A program made the position numbers and the translations under genes. Positions 19,121 through 29,445 of a DNA stretch of 64,000 bases are shown here, one piece after another; the stretch's first letter is position 1, and each line of letters starts with the position of its first letter. The notes under the pieces are model-generated. The model did not search any database, was not told where the DNA came from, and saw nothing but the letters and a program-made list of their open reading frames with translations. This DNA is from Cytophagaceae bacterium (GTDB lineage: Bacteria > Bacteroidota > Bacteroidia > Cytophagales > JAIYAX01), in the NCBI GenBank assembly GCA_027488815.1, contig JAIYAX010000006.1:271332-335331 (forward strand), read 5' to 3'.

Positions 19121-19759
19121 ATGCGAGTGTTTCTTCCTTTGTTTCCACTGGGTATCGTTGCTTTTCCTGAGGAGCAAGTCAACCTGCATATTTTTGAGCC
19201 TCGCTACCGGGAATTAATCGGGGAATGCCGTGACTTTGGAAACACTTTTGGTATTTCACCCTACCTGAGTGGCAAGTTGATGGACATTGGAACAGAAATG
19301 TCACTTGAAAAAATAGTAAAAGTCTATCGTGAAGGCGAGATGGACATTATCACCCAAGGGCAAAGGCGGTACAAAATCATTCGTTTTACAAAAGTCGTTG
19401 ACCAGAAATTGTACTCCGGTGCTGAAGTGGAGTTCATCAACGACCGTAACGAGCTTGCTTCATGGACACTGAAGGAAGAAGTCGTTCATCTCTTAGATGA
19501 ATTTTCTGGAATTCTTCAGGTTGAAAAAAACTTGCACAATGGTATTCAGACGTTCAAAGCCTATATGGCCGGGCACTATATTGGGTTGAGCCCTTCCCAA
19601 GAATACCAGCTCCTAAGTATTGATCAGGAAGAAGAGCGCCTTCTTTTCATCAAAGAACATTTACGGCGCACCCTACCCAGAATTTCAAATCTGCACGAAA
19701 TCAAGAAAAGGATCATGATGAACGGCCATTTCCGGGAGCTTCAATCTCCCGGATTCTAA
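19121..19759 (+). CDS. Stand-alone Lon N-terminal substrate-binding domain protein
   Basis: LPLFPL...FP...LHIFEPRYRELI. No AAA or protease domain. Confidence 0.88.
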   Translation: MRVFLPLFPLGIVAFPEEQVNLHIFEPRYRELIGECRDFGNTFGISPYLSGKLMDIGTEMSLEKIVKVYREGEMDIITQGQRRYKIIRFTKVVDQKLYSGAEVEFINDRNELASWTLKEEVVHLLDEFSGILQVEKNLHNGIQTFKAYMAGHYIGLSPSQEYQLLSIDQEEERLLFIKEHLRRTLPRISNLHEIKKRIMMNGHFRELQSPGF

Positions 19760-19786
19760 ATGATGGACGCTTTTAAATCCCTAAGG

Positions 19787-21571
19787 CTATAAGGCAGAGT
19801 CTTGACGGGCAATAATATGGGCAGCAATTTTTCTGCGTGCCTCTTTGGAGTTGAAGGCCGGATACTTTGTAAACCTCTTCAATCCCATTAGCATCATTCG
19901 CTGCATGTCACCTTCCTCCATAGAGTTGATGGCATCTCTTCCCGCCTTTGCTACTTTATCGATGCTGTCATACAAATACGTTTTCATGGCAAGAATTTGA
20001 AGCTCACAAGCTGCTTCTCCTTTTGTTTCCACCAATTTTTCCACACGTAATAAAGTAGACTCGATCATGTATGCCTGAATGATCATGTCTGAAACATTCA
20101 TCATGATTTCCTGCTCCTCAGCCAAAGCTTGTTGATACTTTTGGGCTCCGGCTCCTGAGATCATCATAATGGCTTTCTTGATGTTAACTATAGCTTTCTT
20201 CTCCTCTGCAAAAAGGCTATCGTCGCTATCTCCAAAATCAGGGATGGATGTCAGTTCCTTTTGTACCGCCATCACTGGTCCCATCATATCGATTTCCCCT
20301 TTCATTGCTTTTTTAAGGAGCATGTCAATGATCAGCATACGATTGATTTCATTGGTTCCTTCAAAAATCCGGTTGATCCGGGCATCTCTGTAGGCTCTAT
20401 CCATAGGGTAGTCTGCGGAAAACCCATAACCTCCGAAAATCTGTACACCTTCATCCACTACAAAATCCAGGCATTCGGAACCTGCTACTTTTAAAATAGC
20501 ACACTCAATGGCGTACTCCTGAGCGGCCAACAGCAGGGCTTCTTCCATTTTTTTACCCTGTGCGATGTGTTGTTGTTCTGTTTGATGAATGTCATTTGTA
20601 GCACGATACAAAGCACTTTCCACCACAAATATCCTGATCGCTTGCTCCGCCAATTTGTGCTGAATAGCTCCGAATGAGGAAATGGCTTTCTTAAACTGTA
20701 CTCTTTCATTGGCATACTTGATTGAGGTATTGGCTGCATGCCTTGAGCCTCCAAGAACCGCCCCGCATAACTTGATACGGCCAATATTTAAAATATTAAA
20801 AGCAATCAAGTGTCCTTTTCCAATCTCTCCAAGGAGGTTATCCTTCGGGATTTTACAGTCAGAAAAGAACACCTGCCGGGTGGATGATCCCTTAATACCC
20901 ATTTTATGTTCCTCGTTGCCAAGCGACAAGCCGGGAGTTCCTTTTTCAACAATAAATCCGGTAAACTTATTTCCTTCAACCTGAGCAAACACGATAAAGA
21001 GATCGGCAAATCCGGCATTCGTAATCCACATTTTTTGCCCGTTTAAAATCCAATGCTGACCATCAGAGGTTAGTTCGGCTTTAGTCTTGGCAGCAAGTGC
21101 ATCTGACCCTGATCCTGGCTCGGTAAGACAATAGCTGGCTTTAATTTCACCGGTAGCCAATTTTGATAAATACTTGCTTTTTTGTTGCTCCGTGCCGAAA
21201 TACAAAATCGGCAAGGTGCCAATTCCGGTATGAGCTGAAAGGGCTACTGCAAAGGAATGCCCTGCACCTATGCGGTCTGTCACCAGCATAGTGGTGTTTA
21301 GGTCTTTGCCAAATCCTCCATAGCTCTCGGGCAAACTAATACCCAACAGACCAAGTTCACCCGCTTTGTCCATAAGTTTGGGCATCAGACCCTCTTCCAG
21401 GGCATCGATACGGTCAAGTATCGGCCAGACTTCCGTTTTCAAAAAATCATCGCACGTCTGAGCAATCATTTTCTGCTCTTCATTAAAGTCTTCAGGGGTG
21501 AAGACGGCCTCGTGGTCTGTTTCTTTAATTAAAAACTCTCCACCTTTGGTTTTACTGATCACTGTTTGCAT
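19787..21571 (-). CDS. fadE: Acyl-CoA dehydrogenase (FadE type)
   Basis: YCLTEPGSGSD, NGQKMWITN, KMGIKGSST, QIFGGYG, RINRIFEGTNEINR. Confidence 0.93.
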   Translation of the reverse strand: MQTVISKTKGGEFLIKETDHEAVFTPEDFNEEQKMIAQTCDDFLKTEVWPILDRIDALEEGLMPKLMDKAGELGLLGISLPESYGGFGKDLNTTMLVTDRIGAGHSFAVALSAHTGIGTLPILYFGTEQQKSKYLSKLATGEIKASYCLTEPGSGSDALAAKTKAELTSDGQHWILNGQKMWITNAGFADLFIVFAQVEGNKFTGFIVEKGTPGLSLGNEEHKMGIKGSSTRQVFFSDCKIPKDNLLGEIGKGHLIAFNILNIGRIKLCGAVLGGSRHAANTSIKYANERVQFKKAISSFGAIQHKLAEQAIRIFVVESALYRATNDIHQTEQQHIAQGKKMEEALLLAAQEYAIECAILKVAGSECLDFVVDEGVQIFGGYGFSADYPMDRAYRDARINRIFEGTNEINRMLIIDMLLKKAMKGEIDMMGPVMAVQKELTSIPDFGDSDDSLFAEEKKAIVNIKKAIMMISGAGAQKYQQALAEEQEIMMNVSDMIIQAYMIESTLLRVEKLVETKGEAACELQILAMKTYLYDSIDKVAKAGRDAINSMEEGDMQRMMLMGLKRFTKYPAFNSKEARRKIAAHIIARQDSAL

Positions 21572-21583
21572 GATGATTGAATT

Positions 21584-22759
21584 TTAATTTAAAAGTTCAT
21601 AGATACCTGCTACTCCTTGTCCGCCGCCTACGCATGCGGAAACCATTCCATACTTTTGATTTCTTCTGCGCATTTCATTAAAGAGCTGCACGGACAATTT
21701 TGCTCCGGAGCAACCGAGTGGATGACCCAGTGCAATGGCACCTCCGTTTGGATTGATACGTTCCTGGTCTAAACCCAGGGTTTTAATTACAGCGAGACTT
21801 TGAGCTGCAAACGCCTCATTAAGTTCGATCTGATGGATGTCATTTTGCTTAAGCCCGGCCTTCTGAAGTGCCAAAGGGATAGCTTCAACCGGTCCTATGC
21901 CCATGTACCTGGGCTCCACTCCTCTTGAAACATAACTAAGCATTCTGGCGATGGGCTTGAGGTTTAACTCCTTAAGTAATTTCTCCGAAACGACCATTAC
22001 AAAGGCTGCCCCGTCTGATGTTTGGGAGGAGTTCCCTGCTGTCACCGTACCATTAACTGAGAATACAGGCTTAAGCTTAGATAGACCATCAAGTGAAGTG
22101 TCTTTTCTTGGGCCTTCGTCAATGGACACGGTATACTTCTTGGTTTTTCTCTTTCCATTTTCGTCCACAAAAGTTTCGGATACCTCAACAGGTACAATTT
22201 CCTCAGCAAATTTTCCTGATTCTATTGCTGCCAGTGCTTTTTGATGTGAGAGAAATGAAAACAGGTCTTGCTCCTCTCTGGTGATTTGGTATTTCTCGGC
22301 TACCTGCTCAGCCGTAAGACCCATACTGGTATAGTAGTCAGGGTTTTTGGAGGTAATGTTATAATTCAAGGCCGTTTTCCAACCCATGACCGGCACCAGA
22401 CTCATGGACTCTGTTCCTCCGGCAATAATGCAATCTGCTTGTCCGGCATGAATTCTTGCTGAAGCGATGGCTATTGCCTCAAGTCCAGATCCGCAATATC
22501 GATTGACCACCATCCCGGGTACATTGATCGGGAGGGAGAGCAATGAAATCATTCTTCCCATTTGCATCCCCTGCTCTGCCTCTGGTACAGCATTGCCCAC
22601 GATCAAATCATCTACTCTTGACGAATCAAATTGAGGAACTGAGGAGACCAGCTTTTTAATGACTTCTGCAGCCAAGTCGTCCGGACGGGTAAATCTGAAC
22701 CCTCCTTTTGTGGCTTTTCCTACTGCGGTTCGAAAACCTGCAACGATGTATGCATCCAT
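21584..22759 (-). CDS. fadA: Acetyl-CoA C-acyltransferase (thiolase)
   Basis: NRYCGSG, ELNEAFA, GHPLG, SACVGGGQG. Confidence 0.95.
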   Translation of the reverse strand: MDAYIVAGFRTAVGKATKGGFRFTRPDDLAAEVIKKLVSSVPQFDSSRVDDLIVGNAVPEAEQGMQMGRMISLLSLPINVPGMVVNRYCGSGLEAIAIASARIHAGQADCIIAGGTESMSLVPVMGWKTALNYNITSKNPDYYTSMGLTAEQVAEKYQITREEQDLFSFLSHQKALAAIESGKFAEEIVPVEVSETFVDENGKRKTKKYTVSIDEGPRKDTSLDGLSKLKPVFSVNGTVTAGNSSQTSDGAAFVMVVSEKLLKELNLKPIARMLSYVSRGVEPRYMGIGPVEAIPLALQKAGLKQNDIHQIELNEAFAAQSLAVIKTLGLDQERINPNGGAIALGHPLGCSGAKLSVQLFNEMRRRNQKYGMVSACVGGGQGVAGIYELLN

Positions 22760-22770
22760 GATTACCGGGA

Positions 22771-25179
22771 TTAATTTCTAAGAGGTTTACCTGAAGTGAG
22801 AATACTCTGAATTCGTTCCTGAGTCTTTCGCTCTCCGCATAGTGAAACAAAAGCCTCTCTTTCAAGATCAAGAAGGTACTGCTCGGTTACCAACTGAGGG
22901 TAGGAGAGGTCTCCACCTGCCATGATAAACGCCAGTTTTTGTGCAATCTTTTGATCATGCTCGCTGATGTACCGACCCATTTTCATTCCATTGATACCGG
23001 CATGAAATAAAGCCATGGCACTTTTACCCAGCACTTTAATGTCTTTCCGCTGGATAGGCTGGATATATCCTTCTTCGGCCATCGCCAGAACAGCGGTCTT
23101 AGCATCGGCAATTTGCCTGTCTTTATTGTACGTAATTCCGTCTTTGTCCCTGATGATGTGCATCTCCTTTGCTTCAGCCGCTGAAGTGGCGACTTTAGCA
23201 GTAGCGATATTCATAAAGGTATTTTGAAGGTGGTAAAGTTCAGGATCACCTTGCTCAAATGAGTCAGAGCAGCGCAAGACAAACTCTTTTGTACCCCCTC
23301 CTGCAGGGATTAGTCCTACTCCAAATTCAACCAGGCCGATATACGTTTCTGCTAATGCCTGTACACGATCCGCATGCAAGGTCATTTCGCAGCCACCTCC
23401 AAGGGTAAGTCCATGTGGGGCCACGACAACCGGTATACTTGAGTATCTTACTCTCATAAGGGTGTTTTGAAATGATCGAACCATAAAGTCGATCTCATCA
23501 AACTCCTGCTCAATTGCGTACATGAAGACCATTGCCAGGTTGGCACCAGCAGAAAAATTCTGTCCTTCGTTGGCAATGACAAGTCCGTTGTATCCTTTTT
23601 CAGCAGTCTCAATCGCTTTGTTGATTCCCAAGATAACTTCTGTGCCAAGGGTGTTCATCTTGGTATGAAATTCCAGATTGAGCACTCCATCTCCAATGTC
23701 ATAAAGGGAGCAACCTGGGTTGGACCAAATAACTTTGTTTTCCTTAAGAGTCTGAAGCAAGATAAAATCCTCTGTTCCCGGAATAGCTTTGTAGGCTTTT
23801 AATGGAATATCGTAATACCGCTTACTACCCTCTTTTAACTGATAGAAAGAATGGAAGCCGCCTGAAATCATATCGTAAACCCATTGAGCCGGCATGTAGC
23901 CTAAAGTCTCCATCTGTTTCAAAGTTGACTCTAAGCCTAAGATATCCCAGGTTTGGAAGATGCCTATTTCCCAGCCAAAGCCTGCACAAATAGCATCGTC
24001 TATTTTGAATAGTTCATCTGCAATTTCCGGAATCCTGTTGCTTACATATTGAAAGAGTCCGTAAAATGTGTGACGGTAAAACTCTCCGGCCTTATCAGAA
24101 CCATTCAAAAGAACTTTAAATCGCTCTGCAGGTTTGTCTATGGTCTTGGTCGCTTCAAGAGTGGCAAACTTTGCTTTTTTGCCTGGCTCATATTGAAGAG
24201 TATGGAGATTAAGGGTATGGATCTCTCGCTCACCTTTAGCGTTTTTTGCCTTTTTGTAAAATCCCTGACCGCTTTTGTCACCGAGCCATTTTTGCTGCTC
24301 CATTGATCGGACATAGGCAGGAACCTGATAAATATCTCGTGACTCATCTTTCTGAAGAGCTGCGTATAAGTTATCCGCAACTTTGATGAGGGTATCAAGA
24401 CCGACTACATCGGCTGTTCTGAATGTGGCGGATTTGGGCCGGCCAATTACCGGTCCCGTGAGCTTATCTACCTCATCTACATTCAGCTCAAGTTTTTGCA
24501 TGGTCTCGAGCACTTTCATAATAGAGTAAATTCCAACTCTATTGGCGATGAAGGCAGGAGTGTCTTTGCAATTAACGGTTGTTTTACCAAGATGCAGGCT
24601 GCCGAAGTTCATCAGAAAATCTACTACTTCTGCTGAGGTTTCCGGAGTAGGGATAATTTCCAGCAAGCGTAGGTATCTGGGTGGATTAAAAAAGTGTGTG
24701 CCACAAAAGTGTTTTCGGAAATCCTCAGAACGCCCAGCTGCCATGAGTTGGATTGGAATACCACTTGTGTTTGACGTGATAAGGCTGCCCTGCTTGCGGT
24801 ATTTCTCAACCCTTTCAAACAGTTGCTTTTTTATTTCCAGATTTTCAACTACCACCTCAATCGTCCAATCCGCCTGATTGATCCAGTCAAGATTGTCCTC
24901 AAGGTTTCCAGTTTTGATCCTTGAAACCAGAGATTTGTTGTAAAGCGGGCTTGGGTTGCTTTTCACTGCAAACTCCAAAGATTCATTCACCATCCGGTTT
25001 CTGAATGATGGGCTTGCTTCAGTAATGCCTTTGGCGGCTTCTTGTTCTGATAACTGCCTCGGAACGATATCAAGCAAAATGACTTCTAGTCCAATGTTTG
25101 CAAAATGACATGCAATTCTGGAGCCCATCACGCCGGAGCCCAACACGGCTACTTTTCGAATGACTCTTTTTTTGTTCAT
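22771..25179 (-). CDS. 3-hydroxyacyl-CoA dehydrogenase / enoyl-CoA hydratase (FadN type)
   Basis: GSGVMG, SNTSG, HFFNP, FIANR. C-terminal crotonase with NFSAGAN and LGGGCEM. Confidence 0.95.
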   Translation of the reverse strand: MNKKRVIRKVAVLGSGVMGSRIACHFANIGLEVILLDIVPRQLSEQEAAKGITEASPSFRNRMVNESLEFAVKSNPSPLYNKSLVSRIKTGNLEDNLDWINQADWTIEVVVENLEIKKQLFERVEKYRKQGSLITSNTSGIPIQLMAAGRSEDFRKHFCGTHFFNPPRYLRLLEIIPTPETSAEVVDFLMNFGSLHLGKTTVNCKDTPAFIANRVGIYSIMKVLETMQKLELNVDEVDKLTGPVIGRPKSATFRTADVVGLDTLIKVADNLYAALQKDESRDIYQVPAYVRSMEQQKWLGDKSGQGFYKKAKNAKGEREIHTLNLHTLQYEPGKKAKFATLEATKTIDKPAERFKVLLNGSDKAGEFYRHTFYGLFQYVSNRIPEIADELFKIDDAICAGFGWEIGIFQTWDILGLESTLKQMETLGYMPAQWVYDMISGGFHSFYQLKEGSKRYYDIPLKAYKAIPGTEDFILLQTLKENKVIWSNPGCSLYDIGDGVLNLEFHTKMNTLGTEVILGINKAIETAEKGYNGLVIANEGQNFSAGANLAMVFMYAIEQEFDEIDFMVRSFQNTLMRVRYSSIPVVVAPHGLTLGGGCEMTLHADRVQALAETYIGLVEFGVGLIPAGGGTKEFVLRCSDSFEQGDPELYHLQNTFMNIATAKVATSAAEAKEMHIIRDKDGITYNKDRQIADAKTAVLAMAEEGYIQPIQRKDIKVLGKSAMALFHAGINGMKMGRYISEHDQKIAQKLAFIMAGGDLSYPQLVTEQYLLDLEREAFVSLCGERKTQERIQSILTSGKPLRN

Positions 25180-25631
25180 GAGCGAATACCTGTGGTTTCT
25201 AGTAAATGTTTGTTCTCAAGTAAATAGTTAATCTCCCTAAGCACTTCAAAAAAGGTCTCCATTTTCTCAGGGCTGAAATGCTCCATCATTTGTTCATTAA
25301 ACTTCCTGACCGTTAGTCTGGAAATCTCTCTTTTCTCTTTTCCCAAATCTGTGAGCCAAACCCGCACCATTCGTTTGTCATTCTGATCGGCCTCTCTTCT
25401 GATTAAACCTTTTTCTTCCATGCTTTTAAGTAAGCGGCTTAAGCTATTGGGCTCAAGCCCGAGTAAAGAGGGCAACTTGGTCGCTGGAGATCCTGTTCTA
25501 TCATCAATGTTAAGCAACACAAATCCAATGGCAGTGCTTATGCCATGTCGGTAAGCAACAGTATTGTACATTCTGTTGATGTTCAGCCAGGCAACTTTTA
25601 TGTTGTAATCGATGGTTTCAACGGGCTTCAA
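25176..25631 (-). CDS. MarR family regulator heading the beta-oxidation operon
   Basis: wHTH (LSRLLKSMEEKGLIRR...DKRMVRVWLT.G). 4-nt overlap with fadN. TTG start. Confidence 0.92.
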   Translation of the reverse strand: MKPVETIDYNIKVAWLNINRMYNTVAYRHGISTAIGFVLLNIDDRTGSPATKLPSLLGLEPNSLSRLLKSMEEKGLIRREADQNDKRMVRVWLTDLGKEKREISRLTVRKFNEQMMEHFSPEKMETFFEVLREINYLLENKHLLETTGIRS

Positions 25632-25696
25632 GAGGCTATGATTGTGGTAAGTGTAACCTTATACGTGAATGCAGATACCAAGGTAAAAAAAATTAT

Positions 25697-25708
25697 TATG
25701 CGTGCATA
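25697..25708. promoter_or_regulatory. Putative MarR operator TATGC-GT-GCATA
   Basis: Inverted repeat over the expected -33 position of a minus-strand -7-like element (TACCTTGG, 25678-25685). Confidence 0.5.
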
Positions 25709-25749
25709 GGAATTTTCTTCTCCTGGCATTTATTCTTTTTGGGGAGGGA

Positions 25750-27510
25750 CTAAGAGTACATTGACTCTATTTCTTTTTCGTGTTTGCTTTCGATAATCTT
25801 CCTCCTAAGGCTGAGTTTTGCCGTAAGCTCTCCGGAGTCAATCGTCCATTGAGCAGGCAGGAGCCAATACTTCTTGATCTTTTCCCATTGGGCAAACTGC
25901 TCATTGTACTTATCGATCTCACGTTGGAGCTTGTCAAGAACCTGAGGGTGTTTGATCATTTCCTCATCGGTGGTGTAGCCAATGTTTTTAAGCGAAGCAT
26001 ATTCTCTCAACGTAACGAAAGAGGGAACAATCAAAGCTGAAGGAAACTTACGTCCATTACCAACCACCATCACCTGCTCAATAAATATGCTCTCCTTAAG
26101 TTTGTTTTCGATGAGTTGAGGTGCTACATATTTTCCTCCGGAGGTTTTGAACATTTCCTTTTTGCGATCAGTAATTTTCAAAAAGCGGCCTTCAACCATT
26201 TCGCCGATATCACCTGTATGAAACCAACCATCAGCATCGATCACTTCAGAAGTTAGATCAGGTCTCTTATAGTAGCCTTTCATAACATTAGGCCCCTTGC
26301 ATAGGATTTCTCCATCTTCCGCAATTTTGACTTCTACATTTTTAATCACCGGACCGACGGTTCCGATATAGCAATTCTTTGGGTCGGGAAGATTAACAGC
26401 AATAACCGGAGAGGTTTCGGTAAGACCATAGCCCTCCATCACCATTAATTGCGCTGACCAGAAAACCCTTGCCAGTCTGGGCTGCAGTGCGGCACCTCCG
26501 GAAACGATCGCCACAACATTTCCACCAAGTGCCTCTCTCCATTTTTTAAAAATGATTTTATTAGCGAGACGAAGTTGAAAGTTGTACCACCAGCCTTTAT
26601 CTATTCTGGGGTCATATACCAGGCCAAGGTTGAGTGCCCAAAAGAACAGGCTCTTTTTAATCCCCTCTAGTTCGGAACCTTTTGCTACAATCTTGTCGTA
26701 TACTTTTTCCAGCAATCGAGGGACTGTTGTAAATATCTCTGGTTTGACCTCTTTCAGATTATCGGCAATGGTTTCCATACTTTCTGCGTAGTAAATGGAG
26801 ACACCTACTCTGAAATACAGGTAGGTCACCATTCGCTCGAAGATGTGGCAAAGCGGCAAGAAACTGAGTGCCTTCGCATGATAATCTACTGGTACAATGG
26901 GTGCGCTATCGGTGAAATTCGAAACCAGGTTGTGATGAGTAAGCATTACCCCTTTGGGGCTTCCCGTAGTACCTGAGGTATAAATTAGGGTAAGCAAATC
27001 CTCTGGTTTCACATTATTCATGAGATCCTGAACCAACTTAAGGTCCAGAGATTTACCCATGGCTGTTAATTCTGACCAGTGCTTAGCGCCAGGCACCTGA
27101 TCAAACGTGTAAATTTCCTTTACCCCCTGAACATCATGCAGAGACCTCTTCACTTTGTGGTAGAGCTCCTCATTGGATACGAACACGATTTTTACATCGG
27201 CATCTTTGAAAATAAAGTTATAATCATCCTCCGTGATGGTAGGGTACATAGGTACGCTTACACCTCCTATTTTTTGGATACCAAAATCAGCAAACATCCA
27301 TTCCGGGCGATTTTGGGAAACTATAGCAACTTTATCGTCTTTGGTCAATCCTGCAGCGATAAGCCCTAATGCAATTTCATTTGAAAGGTGGTCTACGTCT
27401 TGAGTGCTGTATTTTTTCCATGAACCAGAAACCTTGTTTGACAAGCAATCGGCTTTGGGGTTTTTGGAAATCTGATAAGCTAGGAGGTCGAATATTCTGG
27501 TGATTTGCAT
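25750..27510 (-). CDS. fadD: Long-chain fatty acid-CoA ligase
   Basis: YTSGTTGSPKG, EGYGLTETS, DGWFHTGDIG, TDRKK. Likely start MQITRIF at 27510. Confidence 0.93.
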   Translation of the reverse strand: MQITRIFDLLAYQISKNPKADCLSNKVSGSWKKYSTQDVDHLSNEIALGLIAAGLTKDDKVAIVSQNRPEWMFADFGIQKIGGVSVPMYPTITEDDYNFIFKDADVKIVFVSNEELYHKVKRSLHDVQGVKEIYTFDQVPGAKHWSELTAMGKSLDLKLVQDLMNNVKPEDLLTLIYTSGTTGSPKGVMLTHHNLVSNFTDSAPIVPVDYHAKALSFLPLCHIFERMVTYLYFRVGVSIYYAESMETIADNLKEVKPEIFTTVPRLLEKVYDKIVAKGSELEGIKKSLFFWALNLGLVYDPRIDKGWWYNFQLRLANKIIFKKWREALGGNVVAIVSGGAALQPRLARVFWSAQLMVMEGYGLTETSPVIAVNLPDPKNCYIGTVGPVIKNVEVKIAEDGEILCKGPNVMKGYYKRPDLTSEVIDADGWFHTGDIGEMVEGRFLKITDRKKEMFKTSGGKYVAPQLIENKLKESIFIEQVMVVGNGRKFPSALIVPSFVTLREYASLKNIGYTTDEEMIKHPQVLDKLQREIDKYNEQFAQWEKIKKYWLLPAQWTIDSGELTAKLSLRRKIIESKHEKEIESMYS

Positions 27511-27606
27511 AGCAGTGAAATTTTGTGGAAAACTCTTTCCGTCAAACAACATTTTCCGAAAAATACAAATCAACAACTATAATTTGGCCAAACTCAATTT
27601 TATAGT

Positions 27607-29445
27607 CTAATTAATTTTATCTCCACGCAATTGTCTGTATTTCTTCCTTGCCTCGTTGACTAATGTAGAACCTTGGTATTCTGTGAGAAACAGGTAATAA
27701 CTGTCCATTGCACTTTTGGGCTCATGCAAATCAACTTCCTGAATAGTCGCTTTTAAAAAGAGAGCATCATCTGCTAAAATGGCATCGGGCTCTTTACTAA
27801 GCAAGGCATCGATATGCGCAATGGCTTCATGACTGCGACCTAGTTTTCGTAAAATCAGAGCCAGCTTAAAGTTTGCATCATCTGTCAAAGGATGATTGGG
27901 GTATTCGGAAAGAAGTTTTTTTAAGCCATCAACTGCTTCATCCAATTTGTTTATAAACTCAAGTTGTTCAATAGAAGCATAAAGAGACAGGGCTTCTTCG
28001 GTTGAGTCTGCTTCGAGATTATCTTTGATCAACAGGCTTAATTGAATGGCGTTGTTGGCTATTTCTCTGGTTGTGGCAAGCTTTAAAATGTCTAAATGCG
28101 ACTGTGCTAACAGGAACTCTCCCTTAAAATAGCTTAATCTTGCGTTTCTGTACTTCGCTTCATAGCCCAACGGCTGATCCTTCATGGATTTCTCTACCTG
28201 AGAGTAAGTTAATGACGCCTCCCAGGGTCTTTTGACCAATAAATAAATGTCTCCCAAGTCAAGTTTGGCTTCAGACTGTACAAATGCTCCGGCTTTAGAT
28301 TCCTGAGCCAAGGCAGTCAAAATGGAAATTGCTGTATCAAATTCTTGCAAATAAAAAGCATACAATCTGGCAATGGATAGGTTAATGTCAAAGGCTGGTA
28401 CATATTCAGAAGCAACTCTTTTATACGATTCAAACTCGCTTATCAATTGCCTCACTTCGGGTTGGCTTACCGGGTACTTTTCTTTTAAAAGTTTTTCAGA
28501 GACACTCAATGAGAGCCGTTTTGCCTGAAAAAATATATTTCCGGATGGGTAGTGAGTGACTATATGTTTACAAATCTCTTTTGTTTCAGTAAGAAAGCCG
28601 TTGTTATAGGCAAGCAAGGCCAATTCAAAAAGACCAGTACCTTTCTTTTTTGCCCGAACATCGATCGATTTTGCGTAGATCAAAGCTTTGGAAAACTCTT
28701 TCTTTTGGATGTATAACCAATTCAGCATTTCTGTATAGGCCAGAAATTCCGGATTAGCTTGAGATCTATCAATCAATTGGCTTTCAACGATATCAAAAGC
28801 ACTATCGTTCGTAATGTCTCCCTGAATAAAATTTTGGAGCTCTTCTTTTGACATCTGATAGGTCTCTAATAAAAACAGATACTCCTTAAACATCTTACCT
28901 GTGTTGGACAATATGGCATAGAGCTGGGCTAATTCAAATGCATAACTACCTGTGGAAGATGATACTGATCTGGCATACAGTAATAGATCAACTGCATCAT
29001 TGATCATAACCTCTCTTTTCATTTCCTCAGCTACCAGAACTATTTGATCATCATTTACTGAAAATCTACTATAAAATTTTGTTTTATATTTTTTAAATTG
29101 ATTTTCACTAAGATACTTTTTACTAAAAAGATACTCAAATACCAAAAATTTTATGGCTGGGTCTTTCTTTTTGTTAAACTTGTTTATAACACCAAAACCT
29201 TCTTCATACAGCTCCTGCTGATTTAATAGTCGCAAATAAGGATCAAGGATTTGAGGATCAGAAGGTGTTTTTTTATGCAGCTCACGGTATAGATTTAATG
29301 CCTTTTCCTTTTCTCCCTGGAATACATATTGTCCAGCAAGTTTAAGCTCATTTGTCTGGGCCAGCAGGTTGCCTGAGCTGATCATGGCTATCCACAATCC
29401 ACAGATCAATAAAAATGTTTGTTTCCTTTTTTTAAATTGAATCAT
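27607..29445 (-). CDS. Exported TPR protein
   Basis: Signal peptide, many TPR-like helical repeats, C-terminal YfiO/BamD-like repeats (EYPNHPLTDDANFKLA). Confidence 0.8.
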   Translation of the reverse strand: MIQFKKRKQTFLLICGLWIAMISSGNLLAQTNELKLAGQYVFQGEKEKALNLYRELHKKTPSDPQILDPYLRLLNQQELYEEGFGVINKFNKKKDPAIKFLVFEYLFSKKYLSENQFKKYKTKFYSRFSVNDDQIVLVAEEMKREVMINDAVDLLLYARSVSSSTGSYAFELAQLYAILSNTGKMFKEYLFLLETYQMSKEELQNFIQGDITNDSAFDIVESQLIDRSQANPEFLAYTEMLNWLYIQKKEFSKALIYAKSIDVRAKKKGTGLFELALLAYNNGFLTETKEICKHIVTHYPSGNIFFQAKRLSLSVSEKLLKEKYPVSQPEVRQLISEFESYKRVASEYVPAFDINLSIARLYAFYLQEFDTAISILTALAQESKAGAFVQSEAKLDLGDIYLLVKRPWEASLTYSQVEKSMKDQPLGYEAKYRNARLSYFKGEFLLAQSHLDILKLATTREIANNAIQLSLLIKDNLEADSTEEALSLYASIEQLEFINKLDEAVDGLKKLLSEYPNHPLTDDANFKLALILRKLGRSHEAIAHIDALLSKEPDAILADDALFLKATIQEVDLHEPKSAMDSYYLFLTEYQGSTLVNEARKKYRQLRGDKIN

